Assembly: GCA_028534125.1 (NCBI GenBank)
Contig: CM052823.1
Span: 66,836,001 to 66,900,000, forward strand
Origin: Lama glama
Lineage: Eukaryota
Reading direction: 5' to 3'
DNA: 64,000 bases
Shown here: one piece after another, positions 37,325 through 49,375 of the stretch
How positions within the stretch are numbered: the first letter of the stretch is position 1
How the letters are laid out: every line of letters begins with the position of its first letter
The notes under the pieces: generated by a model
What the model was told of the DNA's origin: nothing
The model's input: only the letters and a program-made list of their open reading frames with translations
Databases searched by the model: none
Position numbers and translations under genes: made by a program

Positions 37325-38930
37325 CCTTCTGGGAACCCAGCCTTTCCTGCCACCATTGGCTCCAAATCTGGAGCCTGGGTTAAGTCCAATAACTGGGCAA
37401 GTGATCTTGGATTTTTACTGGGGCAACTGCTCTCAGCTTCTTGATCATCCATTTTTGGTTTATTCTAATGGCACATTAAAGAGTAGCTTTGCTGAATTCC
37501 ATCAAGTGTTCCCCGAGGGATGCTGTGTTCTATTCACTACTTCTGTAACTGTCTTGGCCAAGCCCTCTTGGCTATGACTCCAACCTTGCCACTCATGATA
37601 ATGAGATCCATTCTGACAGTTAAACATCATTATCTGGCCTCTATTTTGAAGGGGTGGGATGGGGCTCCTCTCATCTCTATTACTATCTGTTAGCTGAGTT
37701 CTGTAATCACCTTTCCTACCATCACTAGTCGACAAAGGAGAGTTGAATTTCTTAGTGATGCTGGTGTGCCTCTCACCAGCATACTTACAGCTTTCTGTGA
37801 AATGTAATCATTTGGTGGATATTCCAGCCAAACATGGTGTGTCTCCTGCACCATGCCTACTTCTCTGAGTCTTTCAATCCCTTCCTCCAGCGTCTGCTGT
37901 GGGAATTCTGGCATTTTACCTTCGCTTAATAGGAGCCATTGCTTTTTCCATGTATCTAGAAAATAGCCTAGTCCAGCGCGTACCATTTCTTGGGATCCTT
38001 GCTAGGATGTTAAAATCTGTATTTCAGAAAAGTACTCCCATATCAGTAAGTCTAGTCTCCCTGATCAAGCGCCCTCGGAGTCCAGTCCCATTGCGCACCT
38101 GCCAGGCAGGACTGGGCTCCGTTGAGGGTGTACTCCATTTTCTTCCTTATCAGGCCCAGCATGTCTGCAGCTGGGTGATGCTGCAACTGAATCGGAGTTA
38201 TAGGCCAAGTGTCGAGGCTGGGGTGGGGCAGGGGCAGGGGCAGGTAAAGGTCTCTGCATTGTTTTTAAGCAAGGGAGTGTTCCTAGCTTTTAACGTGACA
38301 GGTGGATCATTTCTTCAGGCTCAGAGGATTTAGAGGAATCTGGGAACTGATTCAAGGGTTCGGGAGAAATCAACCCAGACATCGCATCCCATGGGTCAGG
38401 ATTCATTTCCCCCAACTGCCTTCCTGACTCTGGCATCACATACCTGCCTTGACTGGGAGTTTTAACTTAGACTGGAGTTTGGGCTGCACTTCCTATCAAG
38501 GCCTGGGTCTGGGCCTGAGCCTCAACTTTCCTTGCCTTCATCTTCACGTGAGGAAAACCTCTTCATTTGCTCTTATGCCTCTGGCTTTGTCACTTGGCTT
38601 CAACTGCCTGTGAATTGCTCTCAGCCTTTGGTTGAGCTAGATTCTTTTTGTAGGACTTCAACAGAGTGTAGCAACCGGCACCCTCATTATCCTCAAGGTT
38701 ACTCTTTGCACATGGTTTTCCAACACAAACACACAGCACGAGCTCTTGCATTCCCTTCCACCTATGCCCTGTCCCATTTCACCACAGGAAAGTTTCAGTG
38801 ATTACATCAGGGGCTGTCTGAATTCCAGCCACCCCCACTGCTGGGTCCTCACTGCCAGCTGGCTGGTGAGAGATCCAGCTCCTACACATCATTTTACCGC
38901 CTCCTTCCTGGGGCTGCTCCAGGCACCAAC
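37325..38930 (-). mobile_element. HERV16/ERV3-16A3-like (ERVL class) internal gag remnant
   Basis: ORF 37690-37986 MPEFPQQTLEEGIERLREVGM...LVRGTPASLRNS is an ERVL-class capsid segment; PBS-like ttggtgcctggag beside the LTR. Confidence 0.8.
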
Positions 38931-39050
38931 CTTCCCAGGTCGGGTTCTCTGGGAAGCCGACTGAGATGGAGTTTAGTGTGCGGGATGTTTCCTAGGGAGC
39001 GTCCTCGGGACCGACACCCGAGGAAGGAAAGAGGAGAAGGTGGGACAAAG
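38931..39050 (-). mobile_element. LTR16-family LTR 3' portion
   Basis: ccaggtcgggttctctgggaagc...gagatggagtttagtgtgcgggatgttt. Confidence 0.75.
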
Positions 39051-39059
39051 TAGTGGAAA

Positions 39060-40100
39060 AAGTCACTTAAAATGTTGTATTACAAGGACTACACTGTCAT
39101 CGTAGAAAATAAAGAGAAGCAAAAAGAAGCAAAAATACCCCACGACCTTAACACTGCTAAGCTTCTGACTGAGAAATATGTTGGACACATTCTTAAATCA
39201 ATGTATATCTAATTTCTTTTTAGAAAATGGTTTCATACTGTACATTAGGTTTCATAATCTGCTTTTCTCCATCAGACATTAGGGATATTGCTCCATGACA
39301 GTGAGTATCAATTTATTTTGTCACGTTAGCGGCTGCAGAGAGAGGCTCACACGCCCTGTGAGAAGATGGACGGTGCACGTCTAAGAGGGCAGACTCCGTC
39401 CAGCCTGCCCGGGTGCCGAGGTTAGCTCCACATTTACTAGCTTCATGACCCGGGATGAGTTAGTGAGCCTCTCTGCACTTGGGTGTCCTCATCTATGAAA
39501 TGCTGATGGTAACTGTAGAACCTACTTGCTGGGAGGGTTCGATGAGTTAATATATGCAGACTGTTGAGAATGGGCATTCAGTGAGTGCTACGTAGGTGGT
39601 GGTAGGGCTTTGTGTGAAACTCCATTATTTATTTCACCAAAGTCCCTACTTTTTGATATTTTCTCTGATAAATAATGTTGTGATGCATATACCTTTCTAC
39701 TCGGGAGTCAGGGGCATGTATTTACCTATTTCCCTCAGATAAATTCCTAGAATTAAAATTGCAGTGCTAAAGGGCAAGTGCATTAAAAAAAATATTTGCT
39801 GCTGGATAAGCCAGTCAGAAAGTTGCACCAGTTTCTAGGACTGGTGTCTGAGCGAGGCCACTTCCTCCCACTGTCCCTGAGGCCAGTGCTACCCTTCAAG
39901 GAAAGCTCTGTCAGTCGGTCAGGTGGACAGTGAGGTTTTGATTTGTATTTATTTAATTACTAGAGAGCTCAAAGTTTTTTCAGAGTTTTATTTGTCAATT
40001 CTACTCCTTTCGTAACTGGTTACTTAGAGCCTTTGCCTACTTTTCCAGAGTGTTATCCTTTTTTTCTGAATTTGAAATGAGTCTTTGTCTCTTAAGGACA
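39060..40100 (-). mobile_element. Old L1ME fragment interrupted by MIR
   Basis: gataaattcctagaattaaaattgcag...ttttgatttgtatttatttaattactag. Confidence 0.6.
39370..39600 (+). mobile_element. MIR SINE
   Basis: ctccacatttactagcttcatgacccgggatgagttagtgagcctctctgcacttgggtgtcctcatctatgaaatg. Confidence 0.75.
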
Positions 40101-40879
40101 CTCTGCAAAGTTTGCAAGTCTTAAATATAAAACTGACTTGTGAAACTTGAATTTAATACTGGATTTTGAGTTGGGCATTAAGGCAACGTTTGATAGGAAA
40201 GAGATCAGTTGGTTTTTAGGAACCCTTCAGAAGTGGACTAGTAAATCTGGGTGAGGGTGGATGGGTGTCCTTTCTACTACTCTTCTTCCATTTTTTTTCC
40301 TTGAAGTATAAAAATTATATCAAAGTAAGAAGTTCCCCCAAAACACAGAACTGGAAAGAAAGCTGACTGGTAGGTTACTGGTGTCCAGTTAGGCCAACCA
40401 TGAGTTACCTGACAGAAATACAGAGACCTCACGACCATCTCCGAGCCAGCCTGAGACATCAGCCTGTGAATCAGTTCTGCTGAGACCAGCTGCCTGCAGC
40501 TCTGCCCTTCCCTGGCCTGACCCCGGTCTGCTGGAACAATCAGACCCTATGGTCTGTTGCCATGTGCTCAGTGCCCTGCTCATAGTGGTAAGAAACGGTG
40601 AGCTCACCTAGCCTCTCGCGTTAGGGAGTCTCCCTTTCTTCCCACTGGTCTCATGAGGGTTGGAGGGGGCAATACGTCTTGCTTGTGTTTCCCTCATCCT
40701 CACAAGTCTGTGCTTCTTGTGCAAAGGGCCACTCACAGAGAAAAAAAACGATCTCACTTTTAGTTCCATCTCTGCAACTAGGAAGCTGGTCCTCGGCCAG
40801 ACTAACATACCTTCTACGTTATGCTGCAGAAACAAACTACTCCCTGACCTCGGCCTCATCTCTGTCTTAACTCAGTAAA

Positions 40880-41215
40880 GATCCATGCTATCCGTCCAAC
40901 ACGAGCAGGCAAGGCTTGGGGTCAAGCACCACGGGGGGTTAGTCAGGCCTCTGCTCCATATCATCACTCAGGGAGTTCAGGCTATCACAGAGGCTCCACC
41001 ACCTGTCATGTTACCAGCTATCACAGCAAAGGAAGAGAGAAGCATGGAGAAATTATACTCACTTTTCTCTGCTTTGGCTACAAAGTGTCATATGTGGTTT
41101 CCACTCACACCCCATTGCCGTGAACTAGCCCCAAGGCCCCATCGACCTACAAGGTGGCTGGAGCGTGTGGAGGAGCCCACAGAACACGAGGTGAGCTGTG
41201 CTGTCTGTGCCCACT
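40880..41215 (-). mobile_element. MLT1L/K-like LTR
   Basis: ctctgctccatatcatcactcagggagttcaggct...agaggctccaccacct. Confidence 0.6.
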
Positions 41216-41412
41216 CCCAGCATTAGCCTCTGGACGCTTTCTCCCAGCGTTGTCATTTAACTACTGATAATATTTTGTTCACCGTCTGTTTTTCTAGACA
41301 TGGAAAAACATGGCGGGGTTGGGACTCTGTCTTTTTTATTCATTCACCTATGGATTCTTAATGCCCGGCAAGGTACCTGCCACAAAGTACAGCAATAGAA
41401 CTGGGACCTTTG

Positions 41413-41445
41413 ATGCCATCTAGTGGCAGTATGCATATATTACAG
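41413..41445 (-). promoter_or_regulatory. CTCF binding motif (core plus possible upstream module)
   Basis: tgccatctagtggc is the reverse of GCCACTAGATGGCA; ctgtaata lies upstream on the - strand. Confidence 0.55.
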
Positions 41446-42487
41446 GAGTTGTTACTTTGATATAGACAGACCGAGGACTCCAACTTCCATTCTTCTTCGA
41501 GGGGTGCAAGTGGGAGTGTGGGGAGGTGGAAGACAGTGTCAGAAAGCGAGAGTTGTTTCAAGATTTCAGTAGACAAATGCTCTATAGTGAGACTCTCCAG
41601 ATGTCATCCAGCAGTTATCCTATCAGTTCCGACCCCAGCCCAATTTCACCCCTTCCCCAGTTTGGCTGGGGAAACAGCTTTGGGGTTTCAGAGTTGTAAG
41701 GAGACAAAGTGACTTAAAATGATATACCAAAGAAAAATGTTAAAACTTACCTATAGCTGCTAAATCAGGTGCAAAATAAACTAGTTTACTGGTGCCTCTC
41801 AACGCTGGCCTGCCCACTCAGAGCCTGGAACAGAAAACAGACGAAGCTGGTCATCTTTTTTCCTGCCTTTGGCACATCACTTCTTCAGAATCCATGTTCT
41901 AGTGGCTTTTATTGAAGCTGAAAACATTCAAGGTAAAGAGCCATTTTAAGGTTTCTAAAAAAATTATCTGTCTTCCAACTTTGAGATTTCTGAGACACGT
42001 TGGGGCCAGCTCTGGCTGCCAACTGCTGGGCCGGATGAAAGCTAATGACCCCAGGGGACAGACAGAAGGTTTCAAAGAGCAAAGCTTAATTGAAGGTAAT
42101 AGTGGGAGACAGAACAAATTGGAGAACAGTAATGGAAGGGGTGCATTAGTGCAGTCTCTGTGCTGTCACCCTTTACCCAGACTCCAGGCTCTTCTGTGTA
42201 AGTGGCCCCTTGCTCTCTGGAATCCATTATCTCCCCAGGATGCCCCATTACATGCTTAGTGAGACGGAAACTGTGGTGCCTTGCTGCTGGCTCTGAGAGG
42301 AGGAACCTAGGGCCAACGACATTTCCCAGAAAATAAGGAACAAAACAAAACTTGGTTAACAATGAAGAAAGAGGAGGCAGTGTATCCTTTTGACCATATA
42401 GCAGGCTGGGCAGTTTGCTTTGTTTATGAGAAACTGATTAACTGAATGTGGTTAGGGAGATGAATGAAGAATTAAAATATGTATACC

Positions 42488-42725
42488 TTTTAAAAATTGA
42501 AGTTATAGTTGATTTACAATGTGTTGATTTCTGATGTACAGCAAAGTGATTCAATCACATATATATATTCTCTACATTATAGGTTATAACAAGATATTGA
42601 ATGGGGGGGAGGGTATAGCTCAGTGGTAGAGCACATGCTTAGCATGCACAAGGTCCTAGGTTCAATCCCTAGTACCTCCATTAAAAAAAAAAAGATACTG
42701 AATACAGTTCCATGTGCTATACAGT
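42488..42725 (-). mobile_element. Short young L1 3' end containing a SINE
   Basis: aattgaagttatagttgatttacaatg...cagcaaagtgattca...agttccatgtgctatacag. Confidence 0.8.
42603..42691 (+). mobile_element. Camelid tRNA-Ala-derived SINE, short form
   Basis: tRNA-Ala(AGC)-like head, A tail, TSD aagatattgaat/aagatactgaat. Confidence 0.92.
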
Positions 42726-42799
42726 CTAGACATAAGAAAAAACAATGAGAAAGTTCACAGAGGTGACAGACTTTTTGGAATGAAGGAGGACAAGCTTCA

Positions 42800-43050
42800 G
42801 TTTTTAATTAATGAAAATTCACATTTGTTGGGCATTTGGTAGGTGCCAGGAGGTACCAGCCTAAGGGCTTCTATATGGTTTATCCCTCAGTTCTCACAGC
42901 GGCTCTGTGTGGGGTTGCTCTGATCCCCGTTTACAGAAAAGAAATGAGCTCAAGGCAGTTCTCTAACTTGCTTAAAGTCATGCAGCTAGGAGGGGCGGGG
43001 CCAGGGCTCCACGTGGTCTGCAGAGTCCCGGCTTCCATAGCAGGTCTGTA
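42800..43050 (-). mobile_element. MIR SINE
   Basis: acatttgttgggcatttggtaggtgccagg...tttacagaaaagaaatgag...taacttgcttaaagtcatgcagctag. Confidence 0.7.
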
Positions 43051-43899
43051 CAGCTGCCGCTGTCCTTCCCCGTGCCCTGAATCTTTGCTTCTAGGTCCTG
43101 GCATCACTAGTGTTCCTACGGACTCAGTTTTGTCTCCCAAAGCTGCTTTCCCCTCCTTTCTTCCTTGCCTAATTAGTGATATGAGTCACAGTTAACATCA
43201 TCAAAGTAGATTTACTTGCGTGCTGGGGGCTGGGATGTAGCCATGTATAAAGGAGGGGCCCCCTGTCCTCAGAAGTGATATATTTGTCCAAGGTTTTGCA
43301 TGGCTGGTTCTTCTGCCCCTTGATTTTCACTCCTCCCACCTCCTCACCCTTAACCGTCCTTTCTTGGCCCCACCCACACTTCAAAACTCTGAGCTCAAAG
43401 GAACCCAGAGAGAACAGCTAGGGGGCCCCCAGAGCCGCCCTTTCCTGTGAGCAGATTCTTAGAATTCTTCAAAGAGTTTACCCAGTGTTACAGGGTTACA
43501 GGGTATCACTGAAGAGCTAAATACCAAACTGAAGTATATCTTCTTCAATGAAATGCTTTAAACTGGCTGAAACTCAGTTTCTGAAGATGCATTATGTTAT
43601 GACCTAGATGGGGAAAGTGCAAGAGGCAATTCAGAGTGGAAAAGGTCAGCAGGGCTCTGAATTTTCTTTCTTGCCGTGTGAATAAACGTTTGCACCTCCA
43701 AACATGCAAAAGACTCACCAAGGGTGGCAGAAACTTCTCTGCGGAATTGTGGCAGAGCGTGTCAAGAGGCAGCACTGGGTAAGAAGGTGCTGAGTGAGGT
43801 GATGGTGGGTGGATGGTACTCAGAAGTCTTTGTATGGGTAAGTGTGCCCTGGTTTTCTTGGGGTCAGACATTGGGTCACTGTTAGGGACAGAGTTCGGG

Positions 43900-44080
43900 A
43901 CCAGGAACTGGAAGATTAGGGCACAAGGTTTTGCTTTGTCCCTGACGATCTAAGATCCTAAGCACGTCATTTAACTTCTCTGCCTGAGTTTCCTCACCCA
44001 TAGAGTGGGGGCGATGGTGCTGTTATCCTGTCTCCTAGGTTTTGTTAATTAACTAAAATCAGTCAAAAGCAGTAAATTAT
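43900..44080 (+). mobile_element. MIR SINE
   Basis: gtcatttaacttctctgcctgagtttcctcaccc. Confidence 0.6.
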
Positions 44081-44250
44081 TTTGAAATAGTCTGGTCAAA
44101 GGTCTTAGTGATAAGTAGATCTGATCATATGACATCTCTGCTTAAAAGTCTTTGGCTCACAGGATACTAAGATCTTTCAGCAAGGCCGACAAGCTCCTCA
44201 CCACCCAGCTGCAAGGTCATGTCCCTCCACTTCCTGTCAAGAGCTCAATA

Positions 44251-44518
44251 CAGCTGTCCCTTGGTATCCATGGGGGATTGGTCCCAGGACCCCCGTGGTG
44301 GATGCCAGAATCTGCTCGAGTCCCTGAAGTAAAATGGTGTAGTATTTGCATATAAACTAAGCACATCCTCTCATATACTTTAAATCATCTCTAGATTACT
44401 TACAATGCTGAATACACTGTAAATCCTATGTAAAATGTTGTAAATACAATGTAAATGCTACATGAATAGTTGACAGTGCAGCACAAGTGCAAGTTTTGGT
44501 TTCTGGAAGTTTCTGGAT
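44251..44518 (+). mobile_element. MER2/MER2B Tigger MITE, 3'-truncated
   Basis: TA|cagctgtcccttggtatccatgggggattgg...atactttaaatcatctctagattactta. Confidence 0.85.
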
Positions 44519-46059
44519 GAGAGGACATTAGGGGAAGCAGTGGGAACACCCGGTCTGTTCAAAAGCCTTTGAAACGTTTGTGGTCAGAACAAGAGACAAC
44601 AGACGAGATGGTCAAAAGACAGGGCCTTTTAAAAAATGTGTTTACTCTCCTGCGGGGTGGAACCCACCCACGCTTCTGATGTAACTTCCAGACCAGATGA
44701 TGGGAGGGTCAAGGAAAATTTACACAGCATCTGACACAGACTGGCCACACAGAGCCCAACGAACATTAGTTATGACTATTATTGTTTTTTTTTTGTTCCA
44801 TCAATGTGCCCATGGTGCTTTCTGCATAACTTAATATGTCATTTATTTGGGGGTTGTTGTTTACCTGCTTTGCACCTCAGTGTCCTCATATGTAAGATGG
44901 GAATGAGAATAGTGCTCTCCTGGGGTGGTGTCGCGGAGACTACATGAGCTAACACGTGACAGCTTTCTGAACATTAAGCACCTAAAAGATACGGCTGTTA
45001 CAGTCATTGGTTGTTAGGAAGTCAAGGAACACACAAGAGTGGCCTAATAAACATCAGGTAAATTCAGGTATGTTTGGGAAGAAAAAATATGTTAAGGCTC
45101 CCTCTAGTGAGGATCTGGAGAAATGCAGCCAGTGACCTCCCGCTTGTGGCACATGGGCGGGCATCCTCAGGGATGCTGATTTAGGGCACAGCTGCAAGGG
45201 GCCTTTGAGCTGTGAGTCTTCCAGGCTTTGCTTATCTCCAGGGTTTGACTAGGAGATTTGTGGAGAGACAGAAGGATTTCAAATGTAATGGTAGTGTCGT
45301 CATGAAATTGCTTGTGGATGGGAGACTCTGGAAAAGATTCCTTTTTCAGGGAGCATCCCAAGAATCAAAGCATGGATCACTATATTCAATCGAACCTCTT
45401 CAATGACCTATAGGGAGACTGGGTAACAAGTCTTGATCAGAAAGAAGAGATATTAGGGATCGTGTTGACATGTATCTAACTCAAAACATGCATGTGGATT
45501 AAGGGGATAGGCTGAGGCCTGAGGAGGAGATCTATGCCTCATCTGAAGCCCTTTTGGTTTCCCACGCCCGCCTGGTGACTCCCCACCTTTCCACCAGTCT
45601 GCCTTTTGATGTCTCTTTTCTGAACTACTTCCCTCTGGAAGGTCTGGGACCTTCTATAGGTAGGGGGATTTGCCATGGGAGATCCAGTCCATGATGGCCT
45701 AAGTTCAAGGTGGGAAAGTCCTGGGGTGCGGGGAGGTGGTGATGTGGAACCAGAAAGGGAGGTAGGAGGTCTGTGACTACCGAAACAATTGAAGAGAAAG
45801 TTAGCGGTTCTATTCTGGAAGCAGCTTACTCTCCAGGGAAGCGAGGACAGAGGGACAAACATGAATGGGATGCACATGAGGATACAGGCTGGGGAAGGAA
45901 GGCAGAAAATGCAAACCTGCTGGCCTCATGGTATCATTTAAACGAATGTGTTTTACACCTCGGAGATTCACAAACCCAGCGTTGGGGAAAGCCACTGCAA
46001 GGGGAGGATCTAAGCCTTTTCACACCAACTTCAACATCCAGCAAAGTGTAAAAAGCACG

Positions 46060-46834
46060 CATTAGTCCCCCTTATCCACAGCGATGCCTGAAAACACGCA
46101 AGGTACCAAACCCTATATATACTATGTTTTTCTGTAGACACACATACCTATGACAAAGTTTAATTTATGCACTAGGCACAGTAAGAGATTAACAACAATA
46201 CAACAGTAACAATGCGCTGTAATAAAAGCCCTGTGAATGTGGTCTCTCTTTCTCTCAAAATACCTTATTGCACAAACGTAATGCCTTTTCCATCTTAATT
46301 AAGCGCTTATCATGCACCATGACTGTAAATTTTGCAGTTTGAGGTGCAGAAGTAAAGCTAGCATGAATTTCTTTTTCCTTCTTCACAACTTCCCAGTTAG
46401 AAGATTCATTCTTACTGTGGATCAACCTCAGCATACGATTTTTTTCTTTCCTAAGTCGAGAACTTTCACCTTTTCACTTAAAGGAAGCTTGTACGGCTTC
46501 TCTCTGGCATGTCTGAATTGCCAGCATCACTACTCTTGCATTTTGGGGCTGTTATTAAGTAAAATAAGAGTGACTTGAACATAGCACCATGATACCAGGA
46601 CAGTCGAACAACCCAGGCGGCCACCAAGTGACTAATGGGCAGGTACTCTGGACAACGGGATGACTGATATCCCCGGAAGGACCAAGAGTGGCGTAAGATT
46701 CCATCACACTACTCAGAGTGGCACACAATTCAAAACCTATGAGCTGCTTATTTCTGTTAATATTTTTGGGCTGTGGTTGACCACGGGTAGCTGGAACTAT
46801 AGACAGTGAAACCACGGATAATGGGGGACTATGG
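46060..46834. mobile_element. MER44 (Tigger7-derived) DNA transposon, near full length
   Basis: TIRs tagtcccccttatcc ... ggataatgggggacta; internal aagtttaattta...ggcacagtaagagattaacaacaata. Confidence 0.88.
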
Positions 46835-47892
46835 TATTTTACTCAGGTGAATGTACGTGTAAAGTCATCATGGGATACTTACGCATGAGGAATTAGCAAG
46901 CATCAAGTGGAGTTGTTCTAAGTGTTCTAAAGTCAGGAAGAGCAGACTGGCTGCTGCAGACTTAAAAGCTTTGTCCTCTGCGGAGCCTGAACACTAGTAA
47001 GGGTGTTGTTCCTGCTACGGATCCCTCGTCACAGAGCGCTGAGACCTCACAGGGTGTGATCATCACTGCTCTTGACAAAGCCTCCAAATGACACCTTCTA
47101 TAATTTTTAGTCTTTTTGTGCCACCATGTCTTTGCACTTAAGGCAATTCGTTCATCAAGAAGTAAAGAAAGATTCGCCTTGACTTTTCTTCTTCCGGATG
47201 CTGTAGTTGCCAGGTCACATGCTCTGTCCCTATTGCCCTGCTGGCAGTTGCTTAGTACTGCTGTGGAATTTTCTAGCCATCTCAACTTTGCAGGAGAGCA
47301 GAAACAAACACCACCCTCTCCTTAAGCCACCTGTAGGCATGGGGTACAAGAACCTCCCAAGAAACATTTCTATTTCTGGCGACCACTTTTCACTAGCACT
47401 TTGATTATTTTCTAGTGACTGAATAGGAAAGGGGCCTTTCTAATGTTGAAGGTGGGCGCCCTGAATGGAAAATTACTGAAAACCTGGTTAGACTCATTAG
47501 TCAGAGGTTATTGGCTGGATGAGTAGATTTACTAGATATTTAACTAAAATCTGAGACAATCCAGATTCCTTATTTTAGCTATGAATTTCAATAACTTTCT
47601 AAACTTCAAACCTGACCTTTCTTTCCAATTTTTTTTAAAACCAGAAACTGGTAATTGACTATCTAGATAATACTCTTCATTTTCAGGTAGGGAATCTGAT
47701 AAATAAGAAAAAGAAAGAAAGAAAATCAAGGTGATGTATCATTTCCTTAACAATCTACCTTCCATCAGCTGAAAACTGCTCAGAAAACCAGTGACTGGAT
47801 CCAAATAACCTCCCAGACATCCCTTGCCCTCTCCTGACTCTTGGCTTCCTTAGAGTTGGATGTGACTTGCCTCAGCTCCGCCACTTTCTGTA

Positions 47893-48370
47893 CGACCATC
47901 TCACTGAGGATGCTCTCAGCTGCAAGGAATGAAAAACCCAACTGAAACTGGCCAAATCAACCTTTATTAACTCACTTAAACAGGAAGTCCAGAGAGAGGG
48001 CAGTTCCAAACAATGTTTGTAGACTCACTTAAAATCATGCTCCCTAAGCATTATTTCTCCCACTCAGGGCGCTTTCTTGAGTTTCCTGACTTGAAGATGG
48101 TCTAAAGGTGCAGGAGTCTAGCATCCAGTGTCTTTACTCCCAGAGGTCTTCCTGGAAGCTCTCTGGAAATAAGATCTTCCCAAAGAGTTCTGTCACAGCC
48201 TTGGAGGGCCCTAGTTGTTTTACACTTCAGTGCTCTCCCTCCCTGGGGTGGGACAGGGGGAGGGGATGACCCAACACAGCCTGATTCTTGACCTGGGACA
48301 GCCATTCCACAGGGCATCCAAGCCCAGTGGCCTGGTCCCCCCTCTGCCAGAGTCCTGTCCACTCAGGGGA
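47893..48370 (-). mobile_element. LTR33-like ERVL LTR
   Basis: aggatgctctcagctgcaaggaatgaaaaacccaactgaaactggc...tttattaactcac...aggaagtccagag. Confidence 0.6.
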
Positions 48371-48929
48371 TTTCCCCAGGAGTCCGGGGACCCTGCTCCC
48401 TCCCTTGAGTCCGACTCCTGTGGATGCCCAGCCCATCAGACACACTCATCTGAACATGCCTTTCGACATTCCTTCAACAAATGTCTGTTGGCCCCTGTGC
48501 AGTCAGGTCATTCAAGACGGCTGTCCTCTTGCTCTCTGCGCGTCCCCTGTCCACCAGTGCCTGCCTCACCTACACTTACTCACTTGATTCACTTTCCTAC
48601 AAACTTGCCCCACGCCCCAGTTCCTGACTGTTCCAACTCTAGATCAGAACCCTCTACTATGCTTATCAAACAGCACTGATGGGCGTGCCCGTCTGCTGGT
48701 TTCCCTGGTAATCAGTGAGCCAACCTGACATTAATTCCCTCTATAACTTGTAACCTCCCCTGCCCCTGGGAGCAAAGCCTGCTGCCATGTCCTGCCCGTC
48801 ATCTGCCGCACATGGTGGGAGGTCACTTCAGGACCTCGTTTCAGCCATGTAAGCTCCCCTGTCCACTAAACCACTGATGTCTCTGTTGCTGATTCCAGGC
48901 TTCTTCTTAGGTCTTGAAACTGAGTGAGT

Positions 48930-49375
48930 GCAGGCCTCGTAGGCCTGTAGGGTGCAGTCCAATGGCTGCCAACTATGTGCAAGGTGCCCTCTGAGGCCCT
49001 GGGAACACAGCAGTGAATAAGATAGAACAGGGCCCTGTTTCCACAAGCTGACCCTCCTGTAGGGTGACACGCAGCAGGAAATAAGCAAACCAGATCACAC
49101 CATGTCTGACAGTGATAAGAAGAAAATAAGAAAGGATGGTGGGATAGTAAACCTTTGGGATGGGTGGGCCACTTCAGAGAGGGCATCAGGGAAGGCCTCT
49201 TTGAGGGGAGATGATTGAGCTGAGGCCTGAATAGTAAGAGTGACCCAGCCACACAGACAGCCGGGGGGCAGTAACATTCCTGACAGAAGGGATAGCAGGA
49301 AAGGCCTCCGAGGTGGGGACAGACTTGGGATGTGGGAGGAGTAGTGAGAAGGCTCATGGGCTAGAGGAGAGGGGC
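48930..49375 (-). mobile_element. L2a/b 3' region
   Basis: ctatgtgcaagg...ctgggaacacagcagtgaataaga...tcagggaaggcctct...ttgagctgaggcctgaat. Confidence 0.8.

Noticed and set aside
47670-47695. ttttcag|gtaggg recursive-splice-like site
   Set aside because: Imperfect donor and no evidence of a host intron on the + strand
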